This document shows, in pieces, positions 1 to 9,813 of a stretch of 64,000 nucleotides of DNA. Every line of letters starts with the position of its first letter. Positions within the stretch are counted from its first letter, which is position 1. The notes under the pieces are model-generated. The model saw only the letters and a list, made by a program, of their open reading frames with translations, was not told where the DNA came from and searched no databases. Source of the stretch: an uncultured virus (IMG/VR IMGVR_UViG_3300030109_002631) (taxonomy: Duplodnaviria; Heunggongvirae; Uroviricota; Caudoviricetes); IMG/VR virus record IMGVR_UViG_3300030109_002631, positions 1 to 64,000 of that record; one strand, written 5' to 3'. The position numbers were made by a program, and so were the translations under genes.

Positions 1-1
1 T

Positions 2-115
2 AGTGGTCTTGCTGGAGATTATGCACCTACCGAAGGTAGAGGTCTACCTTGGGGTGATGGTAAAACTGGAAATGTCAGAGCCGATTACAAAGTTAACCCA
101 GATACTTCAGGTTAA
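2..115 (+). CDS. 3' end of a gene entering the window (partial), convergent with the tail module
   Basis: Open frame SGLAGDYAPTEGRGLPWGDGKTGNVRADYKVNPDTSG* ending TAA at 113-115, abutting the stop of the minus-strand ORF at 118. Confidence 0.55.
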   Translation, partial: SGLAGDYAPTEGRGLPWGDGKTGNVRADYKVNPDTSG

Positions 116-117
116 TT

Positions 118-1170
118 TTAACTATCTGACTCAGCGATATACTCAGCTAGAGTTGGGGGTTTTTTATTTATTATTATCCCTACAGAATAGTCTGTGGGGG
201 AGAAGGATATATTTTTACCCACTACCCGATAGTTTCCTGAGTACTTGGGGTTATCTGTTTGTATGCGTATTACATCATTTTCGCTAAGATACGCACCAAC
301 AAAGCTACTCATACTATATTCATACTGAACATGTAAGTTAGCTCTAAATAATTTTTGTGCAAAATCTTTACACTTAGCAGGGGATTCTAAAGATTTATTA
401 GTTACTTCTAAATATGTTCTATCGAAAGCTTCCATGGCACTATCATGGATAAATGTCCCCTTAACACCATTAGCTCCATTAACTATAACAATAGTTGGAA
501 CCTTTTTATTTAATATACTGATGTCTGATATATTATTTTTTTCATCGTAAACTTGTACTACTGGGTCGCTATCGAGGTCAGATTCAAGCTCTATTATGAT
601 TTGCGACATTGAGCCATTATCTATTATGCGTGCTATATTAGGTCTAGGTAAAGTGCCTGATGTATCTATTGCTTGACTAAGCAATGTCTTTATTATGTCT
701 AATAGAGCTAAGGTTCCTCTCAGCGGAGGGCGAACTGAGGACACGACGGGCGTAGTATTGCCGATAATAGCTGTACCTAGCTTATTCTCTAGTTTAGCCA
801 TGGTAACTGCCTTAGCTATTGCTGCACCAGCGCTTAGTCCATCGAGGTTATCAGTTTCAGTTAAAGCTATCTTAGCTTTCTCACTCGTGCCTCCTAATAA
901 CATATATCCTAAAATGTCTTGAGCAGAGATTTCTATCTGATTAAAATCCATATTTACCATTTTTATCCAACCTCTGAAAAGAGGAGTACTATCGGTCTTG
1001 TTTAAATACAAACATACCTCTTTGTTCCATAACTTCCTCATTCCTCCCTGAGTATTGGGCACAGTAAAGCTTAAAGTAGATGCACTGAGCTGTCCGGGAT
1101 TATCGTAGGTTCCATCAGTATAATCTACGTCTACTCCTTCAATTGTAATTCTAGGTGAAATCTCGTTCAT
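118..1170 (-). CDS. Putative tail tip / baseplate hub protein
   Basis: 350 aa. Last gene of the tail operon. Motifs PLFRGWIK...IEISAQD and C-terminal GNYRVVGKNISF resemble phage hub (gp27/Tal-like) proteins. Confidence 0.6.
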   Translation of the reverse strand: MNEISPRITIEGVDVDYTDGTYDNPGQLSASTLSFTVPNTQGGMRKLWNKEVCLYLNKTDSTPLFRGWIKMVNMDFNQIEISAQDILGYMLLGGTSEKAKIALTETDNLDGLSAGAAIAKAVTMAKLENKLGTAIIGNTTPVVSSVRPPLRGTLALLDIIKTLLSQAIDTSGTLPRPNIARIIDNGSMSQIIIELESDLDSDPVVQVYDEKNNISDISILNKKVPTIVIVNGANGVKGTFIHDSAMEAFDRTYLEVTNKSLESPAKCKDFAQKLFRANLHVQYEYSMSSFVGAYLSENDVIRIQTDNPKYSGNYRVVGKNISFSPTDYSVGIIINKKPPTLAEYIAESDS

Positions 1171-4100
1171 CGAGCACTCCTCCTAGAGGGAAAATGTCAG
1201 TCATTAATTTACCATCATTTTCTAACAAAGCTATTTCTTCGATGGTCATATTGAAAGTATAAGTTGTTATAGAACGAGGCCCACCAGCAGGTCTGTTTTC
1301 AGCTACGTTAGTAATGATACCCCAGAACCTTACAAAGGTTCCATCTTTTTGAGGTTCATCCCAGTAACATCTAACAGTATTAGAATGTAACTTTCTTACA
1401 GTATGTAAATGTCCATATAAACTTTCAGGAGCAGTTGCTCCAAATTGATTAGCTGCTGATGTTGATTCATCTCCAGTAGCAACACTTCCAAAACTAACAT
1501 CTTGGATAGTATCTCCCGTTCTAGCTATGAAAACTTTACCCTTTCTAGTAATAGCTGTAAAGTAATTACCTGCTCTAGTAACTGAGAAGCCACTAGTTAT
1601 AGGAAGAGAATTTAAATTATAAGCTGAGTCATCTACTTCTTTTACAAAAGCAACACTACCCTCAGTTGCATCAAATATATTCCATATCTCAGGGAATGAT
1701 TTTATACCAGACCCTGCACCGTTAGCAGTTCCTGAGCCACTTACTGCTATTCTCATTGCATATTTAGAACTACCTGACCAATCTGTTTTCAGAGCTTTTC
1801 CTATACTACCAGCCGTAGAAGTATCTTTTACAACATATAGATTAGGGAATGCAGCAATCTCAGCGTCGACTGGAGTTAGTTTAACATTACTACTTCCTTG
1901 TCTTTCTACCTTACTTACACCACCTATGATATCATAAATGTTAACTCTTCTTATTAAGAATTTAGCGTTAGTAGCTCCAACTAAATCAGTAGGTTCATAA
2001 TCACTGCCTATATCTTCTCCATAAGTTAAATAGAGTTCATCAAGAGCTGCGTTAGTTCCATTACTGGTACCACTTGCTACCCACAAAGGTCGTTCATCTA
2101 TGTTAGATGCACCACCGGGGTCAGTACAAATAGCTATATATTTAAATGCACCAATATCATCAGCTGTACCTAATACACTCAAACTTTCTCCTGTAAGAGC
2201 ATCTATCTTAAGTACTCCTCCAAATTCAGCAGAAGCAGTAGCACCAACATTTGTAATAGTGTTACCTGTAATTAATAAATCTGTAGTTTGTGTAGCTGTC
2301 GTTGCATCAAATTGTCCTCCACATAATTCTTCTAGCTTAACTGACTCCCAATCTAAAGGCATGTCAAAAGACACGTATCCCGACTGAGAAAGAGAATTCG
2401 TCTCAGTATCGTAAGCATAAGTGCTAGTGTTTCTCAGTTCAAGTTGAGCTTTAGTAGTATCTTCAAATTCTACTTCTTTCCAGTACGCATGCTGTTTACT
2501 AGAAGTATCTGTTCCATATACAGCTTTATCATCTATAGCTAAATAAGAAACTCCAGCTATTTTATATCGTTCAGCATCTGTAACTGAACTTCCTGATAGT
2601 GTTTTTCCTATCAGTGTATTAGCATAATTATTAATATTAAATCCTACTTTATTAGTTTTACTATCCCACAATAAGACTATGTATTCCATAGCATTACGTG
2701 TATTACCTGCAATATCATTCCATGTTTGTGTGTTAGCACCTGAAAGGGATACTAAATTAGAACTACCATTCTTAACAGCTTCAGCTGTATAATCAGCAGT
2801 AAAATTACCTGAAGCAACAGGAGCCACATCAATCTTAGTAAATGAACCAGATGTAACATTACTCATGGTACTCAATCCTGCTGGTGTAATCCTATAAACA
2901 TTAGGTTGGTTAGTAATTATAGAACTTACTTCTGTATCTGTCATATTTGATGCACTAGAAGGTTCTACTGACATACGTGTTAAATGATACTGTGGAGTAA
3001 ATCTACCAAAATCATCAATAATAAACTGGTCTGTTCTATAAGCCTGAGTGGTAGTTGCTACTCCATCTCGTGCCCAATCAGAACCTGCTCCTGTTGTAAA
3101 TCCACTGTAAACAACCGAAGCCTGACCATTAAGACCATCAGGTCGTGTCATGTACGTATAACTTACTGGTTTAGTAGCTGAGGTCTGAACAGTGTTGTTA
3201 TTAAAGAAATAAGACCCTGTGGTTTCCCATTGAAATGCAGGGTTAAAAAAGACTTTACCATTATCATATCTATAATTTTTTAAAGATATATTAGAAGCAG
3301 CAGCCCTGCTCTGTGAAAAATCTAAAGTAACAGTTCGTAAGGGGTCATCTGCTTTTTTGATAGGTGAACCAGCTGAGACATATCCAATAGGATAATAATC
3401 AGCATCATCTCCCTGTACACATACAAATAATTTAAGATAATTAAAGGCATCATTTGTGTCATAATCTGTAGTTCCACCATCCACTTTAGGGTTAGTATAA
3501 GTTATTTTCAAAACTTTTGAAATCAATCCTCCAGTGCTAGTAATTGCATTCATACCAGCTGCTCCACTGAGGGCAGCGGCCGATAAAGTCTTAGTTAAAG
3601 TTACTAAAGAACTACCTGCACCACCAAGAGAAGTTGCCGCAGTTCCTGTAGCTACCATTGAATAATCTACTATACAATCTACTTCTACAGTAACACTACT
3701 AATTGAGTTTAATTGAGCAGCAGTGGCTAAAGGAGGAGCAAATAAATAAAGAACTTTACCTCCTTCTTTCTCAAAAATAGAATTATCAATACCTGATTTA
3801 ACTGTTTTGTTTTCTAAACGCATAATACCAGTTGCTTCACTGTCACTTATTGTAGTCCCAGTAATAGTAGCATCTTGCGTAAAGGGAGTGAGATTAGCAC
3901 TCTCGTCATTATTAGCATAGAATCTTGAAACGATTCCTTTTGAATTGATAGTTCTTACAACAGGGTTAAAGGTACCGGATGCAGTATATGTATGTTTAGC
4001 AGTTCCTGTCTCAATTGGTTCAGTAAACTGTACCCATTCGTAGTTAGCTTCTTCAAGTTTATTAGAAGGACCATCATCCCAATCTATATACATAGCTCTT

Positions 4101-4180
4101 ACATCATCATCTTTAAAGACAAATGTAGCTGTCTGTTCTGTATAAACAGTTGTGTTAGTAGGACTCCATGTAACGCTCAT
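1151..4180 (-). CDS. Large virion tail protein with N-terminal PKD/Ig-like domain
   Basis: YIDWDDG...HTYTASGTFNPVV PKD signature; S/T/G-rich beta protein. Start moved to ATG at 4180, which forms an ATGA overlap with the upstream stop. Confidence 0.65.
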   Translation of the reverse strand: MSVTWSPTNTTVYTEQTATFVFKDDDVRAMYIDWDDGPSNKLEEANYEWVQFTEPIETGTAKHTYTASGTFNPVVRTINSKGIVSRFYANNDESANLTPFTQDATITGTTISDSEATGIMRLENKTVKSGIDNSIFEKEGGKVLYLFAPPLATAAQLNSISSVTVEVDCIVDYSMVATGTAATSLGGAGSSLVTLTKTLSAAALSGAAGMNAITSTGGLISKVLKITYTNPKVDGGTTDYDTNDAFNYLKLFVCVQGDDADYYPIGYVSAGSPIKKADDPLRTVTLDFSQSRAAASNISLKNYRYDNGKVFFNPAFQWETTGSYFFNNNTVQTSATKPVSYTYMTRPDGLNGQASVVYSGFTTGAGSDWARDGVATTTQAYRTDQFIIDDFGRFTPQYHLTRMSVEPSSASNMTDTEVSSIITNQPNVYRITPAGLSTMSNVTSGSFTKIDVAPVASGNFTADYTAEAVKNGSSNLVSLSGANTQTWNDIAGNTRNAMEYIVLLWDSKTNKVGFNINNYANTLIGKTLSGSSVTDAERYKIAGVSYLAIDDKAVYGTDTSSKQHAYWKEVEFEDTTKAQLELRNTSTYAYDTETNSLSQSGYVSFDMPLDWESVKLEELCGGQFDATTATQTTDLLITGNTITNVGATASAEFGGVLKIDALTGESLSVLGTADDIGAFKYIAICTDPGGASNIDERPLWVASGTSNGTNAALDELYLTYGEDIGSDYEPTDLVGATNAKFLIRRVNIYDIIGGVSKVERQGSSNVKLTPVDAEIAAFPNLYVVKDTSTAGSIGKALKTDWSGSSKYAMRIAVSGSGTANGAGSGIKSFPEIWNIFDATEGSVAFVKEVDDSAYNLNSLPITSGFSVTRAGNYFTAITRKGKVFIARTGDTIQDVSFGSVATGDESTSAANQFGATAPESLYGHLHTVRKLHSNTVRCYWDEPQKDGTFVRFWGIITNVAENRPAGGPRSITTYTFNMTIEEIALLENDGKLMTDIFPLGGVLDERDFT

Positions 4181-7100
4181 AATGCAGTACCTCTCCATGC
4201 TGTCGTATTACTCATAGCTACCTGAGTTCTTCCTCTACCTCTTACATTATGGTAATCAAACAAAGCAATCCTACCATAGTGAGTATATGTAGTATCTGCT
4301 GCGCCCGTTCCTGTTTTATCTAACAAGTAAGGATTATTATAAATATATTCTCCTGAGGTTTCAACAAATTGTACATCATTTTTAGTTTTATCTATTTCAT
4401 AATAAACAATTTCTTCTATAATACCTTCGTATCTACCTACACTTCCACTACCTATGTAAGTAACAGCAGTAGAACTGACTGCACTTGGTGCTGTACCGTT
4501 GTAAGCTTCTTCTTTACCGTTAACATATAATGCAAACTTTTTAACACCAGTTTGTTGGTATCGTACTGCAATTTGATAATTTACATCATTGTCTCTATCT
4601 AACTGAGTAGTTCCTGTTAATGAAACTCCTCTTTGTTGTACTACTACATTACCAGCAGCGTTAATAGATACTTCAAAACCATCACTACTTGCAGTTCCTT
4701 TTGAATATAAACTTCCACCACTTGCACTTGTAAGCATTGGTGTAGTATGTAATAAGAATAAATAATCTGTTGAACTAGTCATTGCTGCTCCTGAAGCATG
4801 TGGGAATTGTAAAAATCCATCTCCTCCAGTAGCGTATTTAGTTGCTCGGAAACCGTAACCCTGAAGACCTATAGGGTCTGCTCTACCATGAGCCCCTGAG
4901 GTCAAGGAACCACTAGAAAAACCATCTGTAGGTTTATAGAAGGTATATGCAGGACATGCTCCACTATTACCTGACTCATTAAGAGGCATCCATAATTCAG
5001 CATTACAGTATTTATTAGATATAGGGGCATCGTTAACGAATAACATTCTATACCATACATCATCACCTGATTCTTCCCACGTAAAATTAATTCCACTAAG
5101 GTTCTCATTTTGTAGTTCATATAAATTAGTTTCTTTATCTAATACATTAAACGCTGGACCTACTTGCATATTATTAATCATAGGTAATTCGTCATGGTAT
5201 CTAAATAAATAATGTGGTTTTATTAAATGCCAATCTGGTTCATCAGCAGCAGTATTATAATCGTTACCGTATAGGGTTGCACTTTGGTCAGCGGTTGGAC
5301 TGAATAAATTGATTGTGGTAACAAAGTCTTCGCTTGGTCCACTGTTATTTTTCTTTACGACCTGTGATATATCGAAAGGGGTTTGATAACCAGAATATAC
5401 AGTTTGTATATCTACTTCTCCTCCTTCTCCCGTATCTTCATCGAAGGCTCCAAAGCCATAATCTTTTGTTAAATCTAAATTAGTTTCGCTTTTTTCAGCT
5501 TTATCTAAAATCCAAGACTTTCCATAAACACCAGCCTTGGAAGAAGTTCCTACTAAAGCATTAGCTGCCTCAGTTGCATTCCAATTATAAGTCCATTCGT
5601 TCCATGTAGACCCTGTATTAGCAGCAGCTGGTGCTACTGTCCCTGAAAGAAGAGCTATTGTATCATAATATTTTGAAGTGTTACGTGCTTGAGCATTCAT
5701 AACATAAGTACCAGCAGCCTGAACAGCAGCATTACCCTTGAATCCCGTTCCTGCGAATACAAAACCACTCTGACTGGCGAAACTATCAGGTTCTCCGTCA
5801 GCAAACAGGGTACCATCTCCGGGATATAAAGCTAAATTAATCCAATACTTTCGTGGACATATATACCATGGATTACCTACTTTAAAATCAGCTCTTACTG
5901 AATCTAAAGGCATATCAAAGAAAATAACATCACCATCTCTTTTTCTTAACTGCCTTAATCCCTGAACATATAAACCTTGTGCATCTACGAATTCTCCTGT
6001 TCCTCCTGTTAAATAGAAAGGGTCTGTCATAGCACCACCATCTGCCCTATAAGCTATATATTCTGTATCTCCTAAAGTAGCTTCGTCAAATATATGTGGG
6101 TCATCTACTTGTAATACTCCTCCATTATAAGAGGATAAAGCAGAATCATCATCATATTTTGGAGCAGCTATAATTTTAGCAGCACATAAAGAGTTTTCAC
6201 GCTTAGCCCATCCATATACCATATTGTCTTGAGGAGCAGCATAATTAACTACTAAACCATCAGCTACAGTACCTGCTGAAACATCGCGGTCGATATTAGC
6301 AAACGTTGCAGTCAATGATACATTATTGAGTGTGTTACTACTTTTACCATTGTAATCACCTTCTCGTTTATTACCATCAGCATACGTTATAACAATAGTA
6401 CCTTTTGCATCTGGAAATAGAGAAGCATCATCTAAAACTAAAGTAGAAGGATTAGTTCCTTGTGCACCATCAACAGTAGTTTGAGCTCCATTACATACAT
6501 TAATTCTCATAGCTCCTTTTTGAGTAAATCCATCTGTACTGAGAACTGTATTAGCACTGCCAGTATATTGTAATAAAGATAATGGGGCTACAGGTGTACT
6601 GTCTGCGGGAATATTTCCTTTAGTTACATAAGAAGGTAATTTACCACTATCATTTCGACCTTCACTAGTTCCAGTTCCTCTACTATAATCTGAAAATAAA
6701 TCTTTACCTCGCTGTTGGATATATTTAGAAGACTGTGTTCCTGAAGTTTGCAAATTAAATCCAGATGAATACCATAGATTAGTACTATGCATATCTTGCC
6801 GACTTAATTTACTAAAATTATCTGAAGCAAAACCACTCCATAATAACCATCCTGTATAATCATTACCATACCCAGTACGTGCGCCCGTAGCGTATAAATC
6901 ACCAATTCCATTTTCAAAGCCAATAGATATGTAAGCTGGCATATATCTTTTAGGTAATTCTATACCTCTTGCATCAGGGAACTGAGAGAAACCTCCCACA
7001 TTCATGTTACTATACGAAGATATATTATCTGTAAGAGAACTATTATAATCAAGAAGTGTTCCTGAGTTAGTAGTAGTGTAATTACACCCCATATATCCTG

Positions 7101-9810
7101 TAATTGTACTTTCACGTATAGTAATAGGTCTTGATAATATACCAGAACCTGCTGAATTATTCTCAGTTTGAGAATTGAAATTGTTAAGAGTGACACTATC
7201 TACATGAACAGTGACTCCTCTTTCTCCAGCTTTCTCTGTAGCTGTATCATATAAAATTGTTTGTGAAGATGAACCTAAACCCCAGAAGCCATCTGTATTT
7301 TTAGCGTTACTACCAGTAGCTGTTTTATCAATATATCTATAATTCTGACACCATATATACATATATTTTGGAAACATTTGCACCGCATTAGTTGTGTCCC
7401 TTGCAGCAGGGTAACCAGCTTCACCATCTGCGGTAGCATATGTAGAATATGGTCTTATTACATTATTAGATGCACTATATCCAGCAGCACCTACTGCATT
7501 ACCATTACTATCATATCCACCCGAACATGGGAAATACACGGGTAAAGAAGGGATAAGAGGATTACCTATAGCAGTTTCGTCTGTTTCTCCCTGTGATAAA
7601 TATGCTCTTACAATTGCCGATTTGTTATTATTAGTCGCTGGGTCAGCAGTAGCTCCGCTTCCTATTTCTGCTCCTTGCAGAGAAAACACAAATCTTAAAT
7701 CAAAGAATTCGTTCATCTGTAATTTAACACATGGTTCATAATTATTAGTTGTGGCAGCTCTTAAATTAGTTACACTTTTTCCAGCTGTAGTTACAGTAGG
7801 GTCTAACAAAGCTCCTTCACATAATATCCTAGCATCTGCATCGATTGAAGTTCCTGCTTCAGTGTATGAACCTCTGTAGCCTTTACTTCCAACTAATTGA
7901 TAAAGACCATCTGCATCAGCATTACTGTATGCGTATAAACTCTTTCTCGTAGCCAGAGGGGATGCCACTATGTAACTATTTTCATGGTCCTCCGAGTCAT
8001 CAATAAATCTCTGGAATGCTATACCTCCTATATTCTTTTTGTCTGTGAAAAGTCTATCTCCAGATAAATAAGCATCATCCAATCCTCTTGCTACATATCT
8101 ATCCATAGTTTCACCAGACAATGCCTCATAATTACTGAGTGTTACAACAAAACTTCTTAAGAAAGTGCGCATTGGATTAGTTGTACCAGTTATATACTGG
8201 TCAGTTCCACCAAAGTTAGAGCCTGAATCAGTAGCATCAACAAACTTTTTAGCTTTGATTGCATAATCACCAGACGCTGCTCCACTTGCGAAAATAGTTC
8301 CATCCATCTTAGAAACATTAATTTTCATATTTACAAAAGGAGCTACAGCATTACTGCCTCCTCCTGTATCACCTATACGGCCAGAAGCATCAGAAGCAAT
8401 AGCCCCTATAGTTACAGAAGTACTTGTATCTCTTGCAATTCCATTAGTATCGAAGAGAAAAACAGTATCACTGGCTGACCAAGCTGAACCAGAAGTAAAT
8501 CCACCTACTCTTTTAGTAGCTGAGTCATAATAAGAAACATAAAGAAATTTTGTAGCAGAAGCAAAAGTTGCATTGTTAGTAATAATATCGGTTGAAATAG
8601 GCTTTGGACTAAAATTAGCACTCAATATAGCTGTTTCGACAGGTCTTTTATCAACAGCACCTGATGAATCATAGGGTACACCCAAAGCTAATGCATTATC
8701 TAAAGCAATTGGATAAGGAATTACGGGGCCACCAATAACTGTAAATTGAGGGTTGATTGATTTTGTGTCTCCATAAACTACATTAGAGTTAGGAGCAGAC
8801 GAAGTCCATGACCATATATGGCTCATTTCAAGTGAGGTACCTCCCTCAGCTGAGACTTCGTTTGATAATTGTAAAAAGGTCTGAGACCAAGGAGTACTGG
8901 AATCAGGGTCCATAGTAGATAAAGTCTCATTTGTAGGACTTTTACCTAAGAATTCGAAAATTGTATTATTTTTAGTTAATTCAGGAGGCTCTGTATCAGA
9001 AGATGGATTTGATTTAACAAAATTAATATTTCCTTTAATGTCGTTATATTTCCAAATTGGTGCAAACACTGTGTATTTATTTAATCCAGTTCGGTTATCA
9101 TATTTATTAGTCCAAAAACCATGTGGTTTCTTTCTATTTCTAGGTCTAACAAAAATAACTCTGTTTGACATTGCACCTTTACCATCAGTTGTATCACTAA
9201 TATTTCTTCCAAAATATCTACGCATGAATTGACCACCTGATTCTTCAGGGTCTTCTCCAATATGAAACATAGAATAGTCTCCACCTGCATGAACCTTTTC
9301 AGCAGCTTCTTCTGGCCAAAGATATTCGTCAGAAAATAGATTTCTTCCTCCACCATGTGTACCCACTGTAGGAACACTACCTAATGATTTACCTGCACCA
9401 TCAAAGTTTTCTTCTAAAATAGGTATATTTTCATCAAAGGTAGTAGTAGTAACAAATAATGAATCACCTCCACTACCACTTGTACCCAAATGCATTCCTC
9501 CTTCTTTTATTTGAGTACCTTCTTTAGCTTTATATAACGCTACTTGGGGTAATTTTCCAGTTTTAGTTAAATCAGTAGAAGATGGAGTTATTGTTAAAAA
9601 CCCTCCAACTAATTTACCTCCTCCAAAAGGAGGGTCAGGAGGTGTACTACCAGAAAAAACAATACGATTAGCTCCAGCAGCTCCTTTAAGTGTTAAAGTA
9701 CTAGCTTCAGCTGTAGGTAAATCTTTAAATTGTGATAATAATTTAACTGCCCCACTTGTAGAGATAGGGACTCTTCTATAAAATGAATTATTCTTTACTT
9801 GTATTGCCAT
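4177..9810 (-). CDS. Giant tail/adhesin protein with C-terminal LamG (concanavalin-like) domain
   Basis: 1877 aa directly downstream of the tape measure gene. C-terminal FALYVNGKE...YIGSG...YEGIIEEIVYY is a LamG-like pattern. Confidence 0.65.
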   Translation of the reverse strand: MAIQVKNNSFYRRVPISTSGAVKLLSQFKDLPTAEASTLTLKGAAGANRIVFSGSTPPDPPFGGGKLVGGFLTITPSSTDLTKTGKLPQVALYKAKEGTQIKEGGMHLGTSGSGGDSLFVTTTTFDENIPILEENFDGAGKSLGSVPTVGTHGGGRNLFSDEYLWPEEAAEKVHAGGDYSMFHIGEDPEESGGQFMRRYFGRNISDTTDGKGAMSNRVIFVRPRNRKKPHGFWTNKYDNRTGLNKYTVFAPIWKYNDIKGNINFVKSNPSSDTEPPELTKNNTIFEFLGKSPTNETLSTMDPDSSTPWSQTFLQLSNEVSAEGGTSLEMSHIWSWTSSAPNSNVVYGDTKSINPQFTVIGGPVIPYPIALDNALALGVPYDSSGAVDKRPVETAILSANFSPKPISTDIITNNATFASATKFLYVSYYDSATKRVGGFTSGSAWSASDTVFLFDTNGIARDTSTSVTIGAIASDASGRIGDTGGGSNAVAPFVNMKINVSKMDGTIFASGAASGDYAIKAKKFVDATDSGSNFGGTDQYITGTTNPMRTFLRSFVVTLSNYEALSGETMDRYVARGLDDAYLSGDRLFTDKKNIGGIAFQRFIDDSEDHENSYIVASPLATRKSLYAYSNADADGLYQLVGSKGYRGSYTEAGTSIDADARILCEGALLDPTVTTAGKSVTNLRAATTNNYEPCVKLQMNEFFDLRFVFSLQGAEIGSGATADPATNNNKSAIVRAYLSQGETDETAIGNPLIPSLPVYFPCSGGYDSNGNAVGAAGYSASNNVIRPYSTYATADGEAGYPAARDTTNAVQMFPKYMYIWCQNYRYIDKTATGSNAKNTDGFWGLGSSSQTILYDTATEKAGERGVTVHVDSVTLNNFNSQTENNSAGSGILSRPITIRESTITGYMGCNYTTTNSGTLLDYNSSLTDNISSYSNMNVGGFSQFPDARGIELPKRYMPAYISIGFENGIGDLYATGARTGYGNDYTGWLLWSGFASDNFSKLSRQDMHSTNLWYSSGFNLQTSGTQSSKYIQQRGKDLFSDYSRGTGTSEGRNDSGKLPSYVTKGNIPADSTPVAPLSLLQYTGSANTVLSTDGFTQKGAMRINVCNGAQTTVDGAQGTNPSTLVLDDASLFPDAKGTIVITYADGNKREGDYNGKSSNTLNNVSLTATFANIDRDVSAGTVADGLVVNYAAPQDNMVYGWAKRENSLCAAKIIAAPKYDDDSALSSYNGGVLQVDDPHIFDEATLGDTEYIAYRADGGAMTDPFYLTGGTGEFVDAQGLYVQGLRQLRKRDGDVIFFDMPLDSVRADFKVGNPWYICPRKYWINLALYPGDGTLFADGEPDSFASQSGFVFAGTGFKGNAAVQAAGTYVMNAQARNTSKYYDTIALLSGTVAPAAANTGSTWNEWTYNWNATEAANALVGTSSKAGVYGKSWILDKAEKSETNLDLTKDYGFGAFDEDTGEGGEVDIQTVYSGYQTPFDISQVVKKNNSGPSEDFVTTINLFSPTADQSATLYGNDYNTAADEPDWHLIKPHYLFRYHDELPMINNMQVGPAFNVLDKETNLYELQNENLSGINFTWEESGDDVWYRMLFVNDAPISNKYCNAELWMPLNESGNSGACPAYTFYKPTDGFSSGSLTSGAHGRADPIGLQGYGFRATKYATGGDGFLQFPHASGAAMTSSTDYLFLLHTTPMLTSASGGSLYSKGTASSDGFEVSINAAGNVVVQQRGVSLTGTTQLDRDNDVNYQIAVRYQQTGVKKFALYVNGKEEAYNGTAPSAVSSTAVTYIGSGSVGRYEGIIEEIVYYEIDKTKNDVQFVETSGEYIYNNPYLLDKTGTGAADTTYTHYGRIALFDYHNVRGRGRTQVAMSNTTAWRGTAL

Positions 9811-9813
9811 TCT